Assembly (NCBI RefSeq): GCF_021028975.2
Contig: NC_059438.1
Coordinates: 186,001 to 250,000 of the forward strand
Length of the DNA: 64,000 bases
Direction: 5' to 3'
DNA from: Sphaerodactylus townsendi
Taxonomy: Eukaryota
Made by a program: the position numbers and the translations under genes. Below, one piece after another: positions 32,619 through 46,386 of this stretch. Each line of letters opens with the position of its first letter. Within the stretch, counting starts at the first letter, position 1. Under the pieces are notes generated by a model, which worked only from the letters and a program-made list of their open reading frames with translations, was not told the origin of the DNA and ran no database searches.

Positions 32619-35600
32619 CTACAGCTTGAACGTTGCAGAGGTCTGTGACATGCCATTGTAAATATAGGTGTTATTAAAAATTACAAATTGTTTTGTAATG
32701 ATTTTCACAATCTCCTGAGCAGCAGATCCTGTAAAAAACAAGAAACAACTTTTTTTAACAGTTGGAACTTCATGATTTAACTAATACAGCACCTGCCTGC
32801 TTATATTGCAGTCTCACACTATCAGTGGAACATGATCGCTCACAGCCAGCGTGGAGTAGTAGTTAAGACTGGCAGACTAGGATATTTGAGATCCAGGTCT
32901 GCATTATCACTCTGCCATGGGAACATGCTGGGTGACTTTCGGCCAGTCACTCTCCAACAGCGTGGCCTACCTCACAGGGGTTTTGCGCAGACAAAATGGA
33001 GGATTGGAAAGTGATACAGGTCATACTGGATCCCACTGGGGAGAAAGGTGGGATACAAATAAAGATTTGGTTTTGATATCACGCTTTTCTCTACCATAAG
33101 AAGACTCAAAGTGGCTTACGACTGCCATCCCCCCTCCCCTACACCAATGAAGTAGGTGGGGCTGAGAAAGTTCTAGGAGAACCATGACTAGCCCAAGGTC
33201 ACCCCAGCAGGCTTCATGTGTAGGAGGGGGAAAACAAATCCAGTTCACCTGATAAGATTTTGCTATTCTTAACCCCTATACCACACTGGTGGTTTCTGGT
33301 AGATACGGGGTTATATACTATAGATACTTCCTTATTGACTGAGAATGTCCTCCAACCACCAGCGCATTTCTGGAAGTTGCCAAACTTCCATTTCTGGAAG
33401 TTGCAAGGGAAAGGAGAGGAAAGAGCAGCTCCAACCACAAACAGTTGTTCTGCACAAGCTGATCTATAAAAATGCAATAATAAATAAATAAATAAAATAA
33501 ATCTTTCCACCAACATGAATCAAAAAGCCTTCATTAAACATTTCATCCTGCTGTGGTAAAGTATATTATTTCTTATTTGAATAATGTGTATACACTGGAA
33601 AGAACTTTGGAAAAGATTTTGATTTTGTCCTTACAGAAGCATGCGTAAATGTTAGTTTCAGGTATGTTTCACGTAGCTCTAATACTAAAAGGGTAAAGGT
33701 CATCCCCTGTGCAAGAACTGGATCATTACATCCCAGGGGATGATGTCACATCATGACATTTGATTGGCAGACTATATGGGGTGGTTTGCCACTGCCATCA
33801 CCCATTGTCTGCGCTTTTCCCCCAGCAAGCCGACTACTCATTTTACCAACCTTGGAAGGATGAAAGGCTGAGTTGACCTTGAACCAGCTACCTGAAACTT
33901 TCATCAAGGTCAAACTCAGGTCATGAGCAGCTTGACTGCAGTCCTGCCGCTGACCACTCTGTGCCATGGGGCTCCCTATCCTCTAATTCTACAAGTCAAA
34001 TATTCCAGTTGTATAGTTATGCAAAAGAAGAATGCGTTAATATGTGATCAAATCATACTAGCACAAAAGACAGAATCCAAAAGCATATTAATCTTCTTAC
34101 TTATGACAGTAAAAATAATAGTCCATAGAGTAGATCAGTAGTAGTAGGATTTTTACCTCCCAAAAATGCAGCAACGGTATGTGGCTCAGCAGCTCCATAG
34201 CGACAACTATACCAAAGAAAAGAAGAAGTCATCACACTAAGGACAGCATGACAGGGCAAAACTGTGTGCCATTTCAGGACCTGAAATGTTACGTAAAAAG
34301 TAAAAATGGTTTTACGTTTTTGTGCTAAACCATTTGGAGCCTCCATGCATGGTAAGAAAAGTGATATTAAAATGTTGCAATAAATAAATAACACCTAGAA
34401 AAGTGGTACTTTTTCTTTTATATGATACTCACAACTCGTGGATATAATCATCCTTTACTGTTACAGGTAACCCATATTCTTGAAGAAAGCTGTTGAGGCA
34501 AATTTTCAGTTTTCCAATATCATCCTCCACTTGGTAGTTATACACCCCTGCAGAGAAAAAATTAATTATACTTAAGGCTAAAATTTCAGGGGAAAAAACA
34601 GGATATATTTTTGTGGGATAAAAGGTGAAAGGAACTTTACTACCAAAATCAATAACTTTGCAATTTCATACATCAAATGTACAGAATGTTAATAATGGTA
34701 TGACTCTCTAGCTTAAAATGGAAAACAAGACATGCCATCAGTCTATATATTCAAGAACCTGTAACACTGAATATTATTAACCAAATACAATGTTGGCTCC
34801 TTCAGCAGTTGTTCAATAAACCTATTACACTAAAAAAAACCTGCTGGTATTTTCTTTTTTATACCATGGAACAGAAAAACAAAAAGCAATCTTGCAGTAC
34901 CTTAAAAACAAATTTAGTGTAGCTTCTGCTTACGTGGGCCTCAAATCATAATCAGAAGTGAATCTAAGAGTTACTAAAGCACAAGGGTACTTGTTGTTTG
35001 TGCTACAAAGACTACACAGCTACTACACTGGAACATGGCACAGCAAATTGGGTAGTATTAAAATAAGCTTACCTGGGTATCTTCCATGATGTTTAAAAAA
35101 TCTATCCACAGCACGTAACATTAAGTACAGAACCATTTCACTATCTGGATTGTCCATATGGGAAACTTAAGGAGGGAAAAGGGCAATCTGTAATTAAGTT
35201 AATGGTCTGAGCAAGAGCAATGAAAAAAAAGACTGCTAAAATTAATACATTTTTGCCATTTTGCAATGTATAGGCAACCAAAATTTTGAATATTGCATCT
35301 AAGTTATACAACTTCAAGTTTGTCAATTTCCCATCAAGTGGAATTCAAGGTAATATTGTTACCTCGTTGCAATGATGTAATCATGTTCTGTAATAATTAC
35401 TTAGAGAGCCAGCGTAGTGTAGTGTTTAAGGTGCTGGATTAGAACTTGGGAAGCCCAGGTTTGAATCCCCCCTCATACCATGAAAGCTAGTTTGGATGCT
35501 ACACAAAAGTGAAGTGCAAAAAAAGGGGAAAAAAGAAAAAGTTTAGTCTGGCCTTCACTGCTGTAATGCCAAAAACAGTGACTCAATACACCTCACCTGT

Positions 35601-38600
35601 AAAGAGAGATACCTAAGCAACAAGGGTGCATTTGGCAGCTCACTGATTACCCTGCAGTTAAAGTAGTTGTACTACTTCATGTAATAGAAGAAAAGAGGAA
35701 AGCAACAATAAGGCTTGCTGCACTTCTACATTTTCTTCTTCCTGACCAAATAGATGTTTATTTTCAAATCAACATTTGCAAATAATGTTTGCAAAGAAAC
35801 CTACAGTGAACTCATCTTACTTATCTCATCTTTGTTTGAAGTATGCAAACCATACTCTTCAGAAAGGGATCGGCATCGCACCACTCGAAGAAATGCTGAA
35901 TTACTGCCTAAATCAAGGGGGAGGTGGGATTAACACAGACAAACACATATAGCATTCTTAGCATGGATATCAATTTTCAAAACAGACTTCGATTAGTTAC
36001 GTAAAGATTAATTATTGTAAGATTGTAATACTGGTAAATCTGCCATTCCTTCAGTTTTGTAGAGAAATCCCCCCTTCTGTCCCTACTCTATAGTTCAATA
36101 AAGAATTCGATCCATGATATATTCAGCTTAAATACTTATGACAGATTCTGTTACTATTATCTCATAAATGAGCTGCTCAGACTTGTGGTATCTTCAATTC
36201 CTTTACTCTTATCATCATGCCTCATTCAAAGAGCTGTTACGGGCAGCCTTCCCTTGACTTTTGTCTAGTCAACACTTCTCAACTCTCTCTGAAGTCTAGA
36301 GAATTCATCCATCAAAAAGAAGCACCCATCAGAAAGAAGAGACAAACTTCACATGACTTTAATGCATGGCATTCTAAGTGAGCAGAAGTTTCCGCCATGC
36401 ACTACAATGATGCCAGCAGCTTTGATCTCCAGTTGGAAAGACAGCAAAACTGATGTCAACAAGGAAATAGAGCTAGTGAAGACTTCATGCATACAACTGA
36501 GCCCATGAGCAATGAACCTCCCATTCAAGAAAGAAGCTCCAGTATCAGGGTATGTGTCCACTGCACAAAGCAAGCTGGAATACCTACTAATATTTACTAA
36601 AGACATGGACTCACGAACTTTTAAGATACTGACAGTTACTTTTTGTGTTTTTTTAAAGAAAATCAAGATACTTACAAAGTAGTTTTAACTCTCTCTGAGA
36701 AATTGATTCTGGTGCCTATGAAATAAAAATATCATTAAATGCAGTTGTTAAATGGTAACTCTAATACTAAAAATAAAACTTCCTTGTTTTCCAAACACCG
36801 GTCTCTCATTTTGCATTAGTTCAAGCAAATATAAACAGTAAGCAATAAATTACTGAGAAAGAGCTAGTGTCGTCCAGTGGTTAGAGGTATCCACAAGGCC
36901 TGGGGAAATTGAGGTTCCAAGCCTCACTTGCCAAGAAACATACGACATTGTGTCTCAGTCTAACCTAGTTTCACAGGTTTGTTGCAAGGATAAGATGGAG
37001 GAAACGGGCAAACCATGAAATCTACCCCAAACCCCTTGAAGGGCAGAATAAAAATGTAATAAATAAACAAGCAAACTTCAGTGGATTCTGAAGTATTTTA
37101 TCACATCAGGTATTTAAAAACAATCTTTTAGTGTGCATTAACTCCCTACTTCATTGTATTTTCTACATACTGTTTATTATGTTGTGTTAACGGATTCTGT
37201 AATAATGAGGGGCACAGTAAAAAGGGCCAACAGAAAAGAGCTGCTATGTGAACAAAATGAAAAATATGATAGCTTGACTGTATTTATATATTGTCAATTT
37301 TATTTCTTGAAGGAATTCAAGATAGCTTGGATACAATTCTCCACCCTCACCCACCTGCTCCCTTTAAGACAGCAGTAGCCTCCCAAGTGTTAAAAGCTAG
37401 TTGTAATGTTAAAAGGCCTGTTGATTAAATACAAATTCCCAGGTCTAATAAATAGAATGGGTACTCTGGATTGGTCTGTTACATAGGAATCGTTATTGTG
37501 TACAAATGAAGGTCAGGGAGATTCAGCTTATAAGGTGCCACTAAGCTCACCTTGCCTATCGACTGTAACATTTTTGCAGCGTAGTTACCCACAGCTTCAG
37601 CATCTTTTCTTGCTTTCTCACGATACCTTAAAGGGAAGGTGAAAAGCTTCTTTGAAAATCTTCACTACTTTCTAAGAATCAGCGGCTCATTCTCTCTTTG
37701 TACACGGAGAGTCATATTAGCGTTACGCTTTAACAGTAGCAAATGAAACAGACAATAGTGAACTGACCTACAACCTCAGACCAAATTATACATTTGAACC
37801 GCTATTCTTATTTATCTGTGCTTTTTTAAACACACAAATCAGAATCACTCCTTATAAAAAAAGAAATGTCATAAGCTGCTGTGAGAACTGCCCAGTACAG
37901 CTTGCTTGAATAAATGCTACCAGTAACATGAACATCAGAGAAGCAAAAACATTTCAAGCTAATGTATTGTTGAAGGCTTTCATGGCTGGATTCAACTGGT
38001 TGTGGTGTGTTTTCTGGGCTGTGTGGCCGTGGTCTGGTAGATCTGGTTATATATATCCCACTAAACTTTCCCTTCTCACTAGACACAGACTTTTCTCTGT
38101 GATACACCTCTGAAGATGCCAGCCACAGATGCAGGCGAAACGTTAGGAACAAGATCTACCAGACCACGGCCACACAGCCCAGGAAACCCACCACAACCAT
38201 TTCAAGCTAAATTCCAGGTGGACAGTCAGCTTCAAACAAAAAGAGAGAGTCTTACAGAACATGAAAGACGCTCAGATTTAACAAAGTCGCTTTCTGCCCA
38301 CCTCCAACTGTTGTGCCAATTATGCTGATTTTGCTATTCTAACTAGCTTGTTGTGAGGGGTGGAGGGAAATGAGATTGTAAGCCCCTTTGAGTCTCCTTA
38401 CAGGAGAGAAAAGGGGGATATAAATCCAAACTCTTCTTCTTATTATGTTTTAAAAAAATAGGTTCTGGCATTCTGGCACCTCCGCTATAGAACCGATTTG
38501 TGAATCCTGTCATAGAAAGGAGATAAGCCTTGAAGCAGGCATTTGAATGAACCTACGGACAATGCAGATACTTGTAAATATTTGGCCTTGCAGCATTTAC

Positions 38601-41600
38601 CAACATTAACATAAAGAGCACTTACACATTTTGCAATTTGATAAATTTACCAGAATCAGCTATCATATCAGGAACTGTACCCCTGACAGGTAAGTTCCCT
38701 TGACCTTCTTTTCCCACAAATTCTTTTAAAGCTCGAGCCAAAATCCAAAAAGATGGTGTCTGAAATAAATTTAAAAGGTGCATGAACAAATTACAGTTCA
38801 TTGACATTTTTTCCGCAAAAAAGTAAAATGCCAGATAGCAACTGAACAAACTTACCTGCTGTGAGAGATTTGTGCAGCGATCATCATTAAATATGTCTTC
38901 AATACTGACTGGAATCTATAATGAAAAAAGCAAGAAGTACTCACATCAGCAAGAAGTACTCACATCTGCAACCAATAATAGTTTCAGTCAGCTTCTACAA
39001 TATCAGAGGGAAAGGGTTCTTCTTCACCTTTGTAGGAACCACAGCTGTATTCACATTCTTAATCGCTTCTTCAAAGTTTTCTTCATCTTCTTGGACTCCA
39101 TTTTCGTTCTTTAAGATACCTAACAGGGAGCAGATTATATATGAAGCAATCAGATTTTAATATGACAAACTGTCAGATTTGCTAAACTGAGTTCCAGACA
39201 GGCCATTTTCAGAAGCAGTTTTATGTTAAAGCAAAATATTGAAGCATATATTGTAGACACATACTTAAAACTGTGTGTAACCTTTACGGAAACCCAATAC
39301 TAGCAAAATACACATACCAACAGCCTTTGATATACTGTCAAAAGCAATTGCTTGACACTTACCTTGCCTAATCATTTCCCGGAAGGATTCCTTTTCTTTG
39401 TAGTTCTTGGGTATCTGACCACCGCTCTAAATTGAAAAACAGTCATATATTTGAACCCTGTAAAAACTACATGCAGTCAATCATTAGAAGTTAACTGAAG
39501 AGAAGAATAAGCAGGGAGATAGTACTGAGTGAGCATCTGTGTTTGAGCATGTAACAGAAATTTTGAACTGGGACAATAGTTTCCACATGTTTAATTCTTT
39601 GTCAGACAATATGGAAACAACAAGGATAAGACACTTAAACAGTTTTTTAACCACTAGAGTAAACAGCGATGAAAAAGCAAGCGAGACAAAACAGCATCGT
39701 GGTGCGGAATCAGTGCAATTTTTTTTAAGTTCATAAGGGAATAATGTTCTAACTAGTTTTGCCATTTATTGAGAATTAATATGAGAGGTTTGAGGCAACA
39801 TTGTAGTTCCTCCCCCATCTCCTAAACACTCTGCCACCTCATTACCATCTGCAACTTTTGTCCTGCAAGCATGCTCCTCTTCAGAGGGACACATCATTTC
39901 AGAGTTCTGCAGCACGAGCAGTAAAATACATTAAAACAATGCTACAATTCTACATACCTTGTTATACCATTCTTCCAGATATTTAGCTACAATTATGACC
40001 CATGGCGTGTGGCTGTGGTCCTGCGAATACAAGACAATATTGGGAGATGCAGTCACAGATGTCTCACACAACTCACTGTTTGGCTCTAAATTCATATGCA
40101 ATTCTCCTGTTAATGTTGACGATTGGTAATTCTGCTCTGCATTTGGAAATTCCAGCAAGTATTTAAGTGAGAGCTTAATGCTCAGATTCTTTTAGGTATT
40201 TTTTCAGCTATTCAGTCCTTCTTGGGCTGTCTGCCACAGTTAAACGGGAAGTCTGTTGATAAGGCAAGGCTTTCACAAAGAATCCGCCCCAAATTTTTTT
40301 TATATGAACAGTTCACACATTATTTACAGGGAACAATCACGTGAGGTCTTCTAGCAGCCATATGAAATCCTTAAATATAATAAATCTGGATCTATCGTTG
40401 TGAAGCCTACTGAAAGTCTCTATGCTTAAACTATTTTTAAAAATGATCTTTTGGAGGCATGGGTTGTCATTCGCTTCTTCTGGAATAAATTCAAAGTTCA
40501 CAAGCATATTGCTGAATAGAAGTCAGAACTCACGCCAACCTTTTTTTCCATATGATCCAAATCATAGGACTGAATATGCTCCCGCAGCTCTGGAAATGGG
40601 TTATCCAGTCTCAGATCATCCAATGCATTATCCGGGTGAGACTCTATAACTATTAAAACATTAAGAGAGCTTTTTTCCCCCATTTTAATAAAGGGCATCA
40701 CCCCCACCCAGATATTAACGGCTACAGCAGAACTCATCAGAGGCAAGGAAGGGAACAGTCAAGCAGCACCTCCCTGGTACCTGGATCCAAATCCAGCCAA
40801 GAACTGTTCCTTCATAAACTCTTTTGTATTGTGTGTCAATTATTGTGAACTGCTCTGTATGCCATTTTTTAGTTCAGGGGTGAGAAAAACAACACACTAC
40901 AGATAAATTTGGGTCTGGTAAATTACATACATCAAATTTGTACACAGCTTTGAATGGTTACGCAACACCATTTCCTGAAGTAATAACAACATATGTTACA
41001 AAATATTTAAGAAAAACATACACTAAAGGGCAGTTTGAAACTAGAGGATTTCTTGTATCTTTCAACCTATCTCAACTTGGGCCCCTTCTGCATATGCAGA
41101 ATCATGCACTTTCAATCCACTTTCAAATAACTGTGAAAGTGTATTGAAAGTGTATTATTCTGTATTATTCTGCATATGTGGAAAGTGTATTATTCTGCAT
41201 ATGTGGAAGGGGCCTTGGATGTTGTATTTAACCCTTACTATGTCATACCTGTTTCGATAACATTTTTTCTGTTATGTAAAATCACTGATAAACACAGACG
41301 TACAGGCACATGTGCATCTCATAAAACCAAGCATATGGGATACAAAACTATATAAAGTAGGTTCAATCTTTTAAGAGTTTCTTGACAGAAGAACCTTCGA
41401 TTGCTAGATAAAGCTCTCACCTTGATGTTCTTTGATAACTATTCGCATGTATCCTACTAATCCATAAGTCCTACAAACTAGCAATGGGATGTCGTAACTC
41501 CACAGAACTTCTGCAAGTCTTAGCAGCGTACTGCAAAAACAGAAAATACAGGGTTAGAGCCAGAACATATGGCAAATTGTTGCTAATACTTGAGTTGCAT

Positions 41601-44600
41601 CATAACCAAACAGCTGTACACCTGTTCTCGTGCTTTCACTTGCACAATCTCTAGGAATATTTTTTTTTAAATTTCACTTTTTAGTACAACACTGCAGCAC
41701 AAGCTATAAAACACTTCATATGCAGATGGTATTTTTGAATTTAAGCCTTCATTTTCTAAAACAACTGAATCGAAAAAGTGCAAAATTGGACTTTTCCTCT
41801 TAGTAGCAGGACGCGGTGTATGTTTCAGTTGAATATATGATAGTTTAGATATATGTTAAATAGCCAGAAATAATATTTAAGTATCACCTTCTCATCTGTC
41901 AAAGAAGAAGAAGAACAACAACAACAAGAAGAAGAGAAGTTTGGATTTATACCCCCCTTTCTCTCTTGTAGGAGATTCAAAGGGGCTTACAATCTCCTTG
42001 CCCTTTCCCCCTCACAACAAACACTCTGTGAGGTGGGTGGGGCTGAGAGAGCTCAGAAGAACTGTAACTAACCCAAGGTTGCCCAGCTGGCATGTGTTGG
42101 GAGTGCGCAGGCTAATCTGAATTTCCCAGATAAGCTCAAGCGGCAGAGTGGGGAATCAAACCCGGTTCCTCCAGATTAGAATGCACCTGCTCTTAACCAC
42201 TACGCCACTGCTGCTCCCTAAGTACTTTGGTCTTATTTTTAAGTATTTTGGCAAAATAAATGCTACTGTTATACAGGTTTTGTGAACCTATACCAGTTGC
42301 TAAAGAAAATCCAAATTGTTCATTACCTAAAGATAAACCAAGCAGGAGATGCTTATTGCAAAGAACAGCAACTTAATATGTTTATTAACATCTTACAATG
42401 AAAGGATGTGGAGCATCAGACCCTCAATAATACATCGGCCATAGCAGCTAAACTAAGTATTCAGTGGAAAACAACTCACATCACCTGTACTGTGCTGCAA
42501 AGCTGTGTGCGGGAGAGAATGTACAGAAGAAAAGCAATGTGTGGACATGTAATGTTTAACCCCCCACGATTACTACTTTTTCAGCATAGCAAGCAAGCAA
42601 GAATAGCTGGACAGGAACGAGTTGCAAATTCTACCACCATTAGCCCGCCCCCCCCTCCCCATGGAAGGCTCATTCCGCACATGCAGAATAATGCACTTTC
42701 AAACTGTTTTCAGTGCTCTTTGAAGCTGTGCGGAATGGCAAAATCCACTTGCAAACAGTTGTGAAAGTGGTTTGAAAACGCATTATTTTGCGTGTGCGGA
42801 AGGGGCCGAAGAGATGAGGCAGTCTTGCTTTCCACCCCCGTTTCCTGCCTCCCACTTCAGCCCTTATCTAATCAAATTTCAAAGCAGATATTATGTTTTC
42901 CATCAATGAACACACATAGAACTATATACGAGTTGAAAGCACTAAGAATTAACACACAATAACAAACTAGAGTTTTGGACAATGAAAAGTTTCAGATTGA
43001 CTTTTGTTTACCTTTCTGGGAGTTGAGTTGCAATCACAATGTTGAACCGACAGAAAAATGAAGGATCGTTGTCTAGAAGTGTATCTGGATTCTTAAGAAA
43101 TTCAAAAGACATGCTTATTTGATAGTACACACTATCTGACAAAGGGAGTTTGGACTCTAGAACAGTCATAACCCAAAAATTCTGTTGATCTCTACTATTG
43201 AATTCAAATCTAGATGTTCTACTGAAGTTCGTCTTTGCAGAGCCCAAACTGCCCAATCCAGACTGCCCAGCAATTCCATTTAACGCACAACAGAAAGGGT
43301 TGGCTATTTAAAATTCAGAAGAATTATGTCTTTCAGGACAGGACTATCCTGCAGCATAAGGTATTTGCAACCCAGGGAAACTGAGCTGGCTTAGCCTATT
43401 AACATTTTCCCACATTCGCAATCCTCCAGTTCCATGTCAACATTATAGGGGGATAGATCAATCACCCATTGTTTTATACTTCTTCAATATGGCTCACACT
43501 CTGCATCACAACTGGCACAAACCTCTTCCACAAAGTTTCCTGAGACATCACTGTTCAATTCTTGCAATAGTTCTGTGGCACACTGAGCTCGATTCTGTCA
43601 AACACAAAAAAATCAGATTTGTTAGACATCTAAAGCAGCAATCGTGTAGCAATTACTTCCAAGTAAGTATGCACAGAACTGAGCAGCACATTTAAATTCC
43701 AACCTAGGCCCCTTCTGCACATGCAAAATAATGCGTTTTCAAACCACTTTCACAACTGTTTGCAAGTGGATTTTGCCATTCTGCACAGCTTCAAAGAGCA
43801 CTGAAAGCAGTTTGAAAGTGCATTATTCTGCATGTGCGGAATGAGCCCTAAGGGCTTTTGTGTGGACACTATTTTGGACCCTTTTAATGTGGTCAGAGAT
43901 ATGAAGTCACAGGAACTTAAAAAATGGCTGCTGGACAGTTTAAAAACCCATGGGCTGATCTGCAAGCAGGTTACCTGCATTAAAGACTGAAGCCTACAAT
44001 AAAGTACAAAGTAACCTCAAATACAACCCTTTATTACAAAAAGGAAGGAAAGCATATTGCAGCAAGATGATACTGCATAATCAGTTTGTCAATAGTTGTA
44101 TTTAAAATGCCTTTACCTGGCCAATATTGCTTCTTTGTAGGAAAAAACTGAAAAGCAGAAACATAATCCATTAATTGGAAATTTCAGTTAAGATGAAAAA
44201 AATTCCAGTAATCAAACATGTCACATTATGAAATATATATTTTCAAGAAACCCCACTCTTACCGCTCATTCAATAAAAATATTACAGCAATACGACAGAT
44301 TCGGACACAGGGCCACTTTTCTCATTTCAATTAGTTTCAGGTTCTTTATATGTTAAGATTTTATTTCCTTGCTAAAAACTAAACACTAAATTCCTATGAG
44401 TCCAGTAAGTTAAATCCAAAGGACTCCTCCTGTCGAGTCCAATCCCAGAGTTTTGAATTAACCACCTATTAAACATTTTCACAGTAATGAAAATACTACA
44501 AACTTATTCAGAAACACACACCTATTTCCGACATCTTCACCAGCCACTTGATTCCCATCGACAACTGTAAACGATCCAACTCCTTGAAGATGAAAGCAAA

Positions 44601-45921
44601 TGTGGTACTTATATCAAATTACAATTCCTATACTACATATATTTTCTTAAACATTTGCTCTAATTTATACCTGGCAGCACTAGGTTTTTGAGAATCTCTT
44701 GTCCTGTGGCGGTCGCACCTATCAAACAAACATGAGCAAGTTCTAAAGCTTCTTGTCCATGGTCACCCCATAACCTGCAAGATAAACACAGAGTTCCAGT
44801 TCCCTGATTAATGCAAAAGTACTGTTTAATTCTGGTTTGCTTGTGGAACTAGGAGACAGCTAACAGATCTTCCAGTATTTACCTCAACAATTGCTGGTGT
44901 TCTCAACCTGGCTGGCACTGGGAATCAAATCTATGTAGCTTCAACTACATTAAACCATAACTATTTAATCAGGTTGGGAGAATGAGCTGTAAACAGTAAT
45001 GTTAGCTGCAATTCTCTTTAATGTAAACTCCCACTTTGACATCTGCCTTCCTTTAATATATCAAGGCTGCTGCATTTATGAACTATTATTCTGCTTTCCT
45101 GGTTCTTCTAACCTATCACATTTATTATTTTACGTTGGACTACTTTATTTTAACCAATCCTATACCTATGTAACATTCTAATAACATTAAGATGATGTAG
45201 CAACATACGCAAACCCCAGGTCAAAAAAGTAAGTAAATAAAAAGTTTTATCCTTGATCTTCTTGAGTCCAATAAAACAATGTTTCATTCTTGATATTTTG
45301 TGCGAATGCACACAGAAGCTTATATCAAGAATAAAACACTGCTGATCTTAAAGATGCCCCTGAACTCCAACCTCTTTTCTACTGCTTCAGACCATTTAGG
45401 CTACCCTTTTGAACACACCCCAGGTCAGTAGAGGAAAAAACGTCCAAAGGTGGGGACTAAGCATGTCCTAGAAGGGATGGAAAGGTCTAACTGACAGTGA
45501 AGTGCTTAGAATAAATATCACATTGTTATGGTTGTTAGTTGCTTGTAATGCTGAAGATTAAGACTTTGCATCTCCAAAAAGGCCCAAAATGCAGACTTGC
45601 ATTATTTACAGAATCGCGCCTACATAGGGCAGCACCCCATGTCTGGACGAAGCCCCAGGCTGAGGAAGGTCCCAGGAGCAAACGAAGTCTGCAGGGCGTC
45701 ACTAGGCAACAGTCAAGCCCCCTTCCTGGCCCTGCACAGCCTTTGCACCCCAGTCGCTCCCCTGTTTTAAGCCCTCCTCTCGGAAATCATGCACTTTGCT
45801 CCTTGCCACCGCCCGGTCTCTTTCCCCTCGCCCTTCAGGCCGACCTGAGTTGCCGGTCATAGCGCTGCTCCTTCATGCTGACTCTGCCCCGCTGCTGCTG
45901 AAGCTGCACGGCCGCCGCCAT
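32619..45921 (-). CDS. NAE1: NEDD8-activating enzyme E1 regulatory subunit (APPBP1), complete, 542 aa
   Basis: 20 exons: 45921-45845, 44774-44671, 44582-44522, 44147-44117, 43594-43523, 43091-43012, 41530-41421, 40649-40540, 40020-39958, 39426-39363, 39119-39028, 38915-38856, 38759-38626, 37626-37551, 36715-36676, 35907-35821, 35165-35073, 34547-34433, 34206-34157, 32728-32619 (TAG). Total 1629 nt, in frame. Motifs [40 protein letters not shown]. Confidence 0.97.
33060..33290 (-). mobile_element. tRNA-derived SINE (Squam3-like)
   Basis: Family similarity; abuts an oppositely oriented shorter copy at ~32845-33062. Confidence 0.7.
33688..33975 (-). mobile_element. Sauria-type SINE
   Basis: (ACCTTT)-like tail; caaggtcaactcagcctttcatccttccaaggttggtaaaatgagta body; homologous to 62590-62820. 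Confidence 0.75.
37963..38197 (+). mobile_element. Penelope-like-derived short element with inverted arms
   Basis: Same family as 29148-29347; 13-bp TSD CATTTCAAGCTAA (37950-37962 and 38198-38210). Confidence 0.78.
38107..38147 (+). ncRNA. Minimal type-I hammerhead ribozyme motif (Penelope-associated)
   Basis: CCU-CUGAAGA-U-GCC[AGCCACAGAUGCA]GGC-GAAA-CG-UU/AGG: complete core, stem I CCU:AGG, stem II GCC:GGC, palindromic ACGU stem III. Confidence 0.6.
41080..41214. mobile_element. Harbinger-like MITE variant
   Basis: GGCCCCTTC termini at both ends; TSD TTG; internal duplication. Confidence 0.75.
41903..42217 (-). mobile_element. tRNA-derived SINE (Squam3-like)
   Basis: Full-length copy with (CTT)n/(TTG)n tail. 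Confidence 0.85.
42667..42807. mobile_element. ~140-bp Harbinger-like MITE
   Basis: GGCTCATTCCGCAC...GTGCGGAAGGGGCC; TSD GAA. Confidence 0.87.
43707..43847. mobile_element. ~140-bp Harbinger-like MITE
   Basis: Reverse-orientation copy of 42667-42807; TSD CTA. Confidence 0.87.
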
Positions 45922-46150
45922 GATGCTCGCTGTGCCTTCCCCACCCCCCACCGCCGGCCTCGCGCGGAGCCTCTCCTGCACTTCCTCCAGCGAGCCTGAA
46001 GGGGGAGCACGAGGGCAGAGCCGGCACCTAATGCGCCTGCGCAACCACCCTCGCTCTGTTTGGAAATCCCTGGTTGTTTTTCTTATGGTCGTGTAGCATC
46101 TTAACGCACGTGCGGTGGGTGAGCTTGCTGTTGTGGCTGTTTTTCCTGTT
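45600..46150. promoter_or_regulatory. CpG-rich NAE1 promoter
   Basis: GC-rich around exon 1; NRF1-like TGCGCCTGCGCA at 46032-46043; E-box palindrome CGCACGTGCG at 46105-46114. Confidence 0.7.
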
Positions 46151-46386
46151 GGGCAGTGTCTCTCCAGGACATTGGGTGTCATGCCCACTTTGAACACCAG
46201 TTTCTGTTTTTATCCTGGCATGTAAAGTAAGATGGACTTGCAATCTGAAAAAAAAAGGTGCACCTCTAGGTGGAAGTTGATGCATTTGTTCCCCAGGCAG
46301 TGACCATCTTAAGAGTCAGAGCAGACAATTCCACGAAGCCAGTTGCTCCTGCCCTTTTATGGGTAGGGCTGCCAACATCCAGGTGG

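Noticed and set aside
45922-46197. Open frame upstream of the NAE1 ATG
   Set aside because: Begins at a non-ATG codon, crosses promoter motifs and has no recognisable homology.
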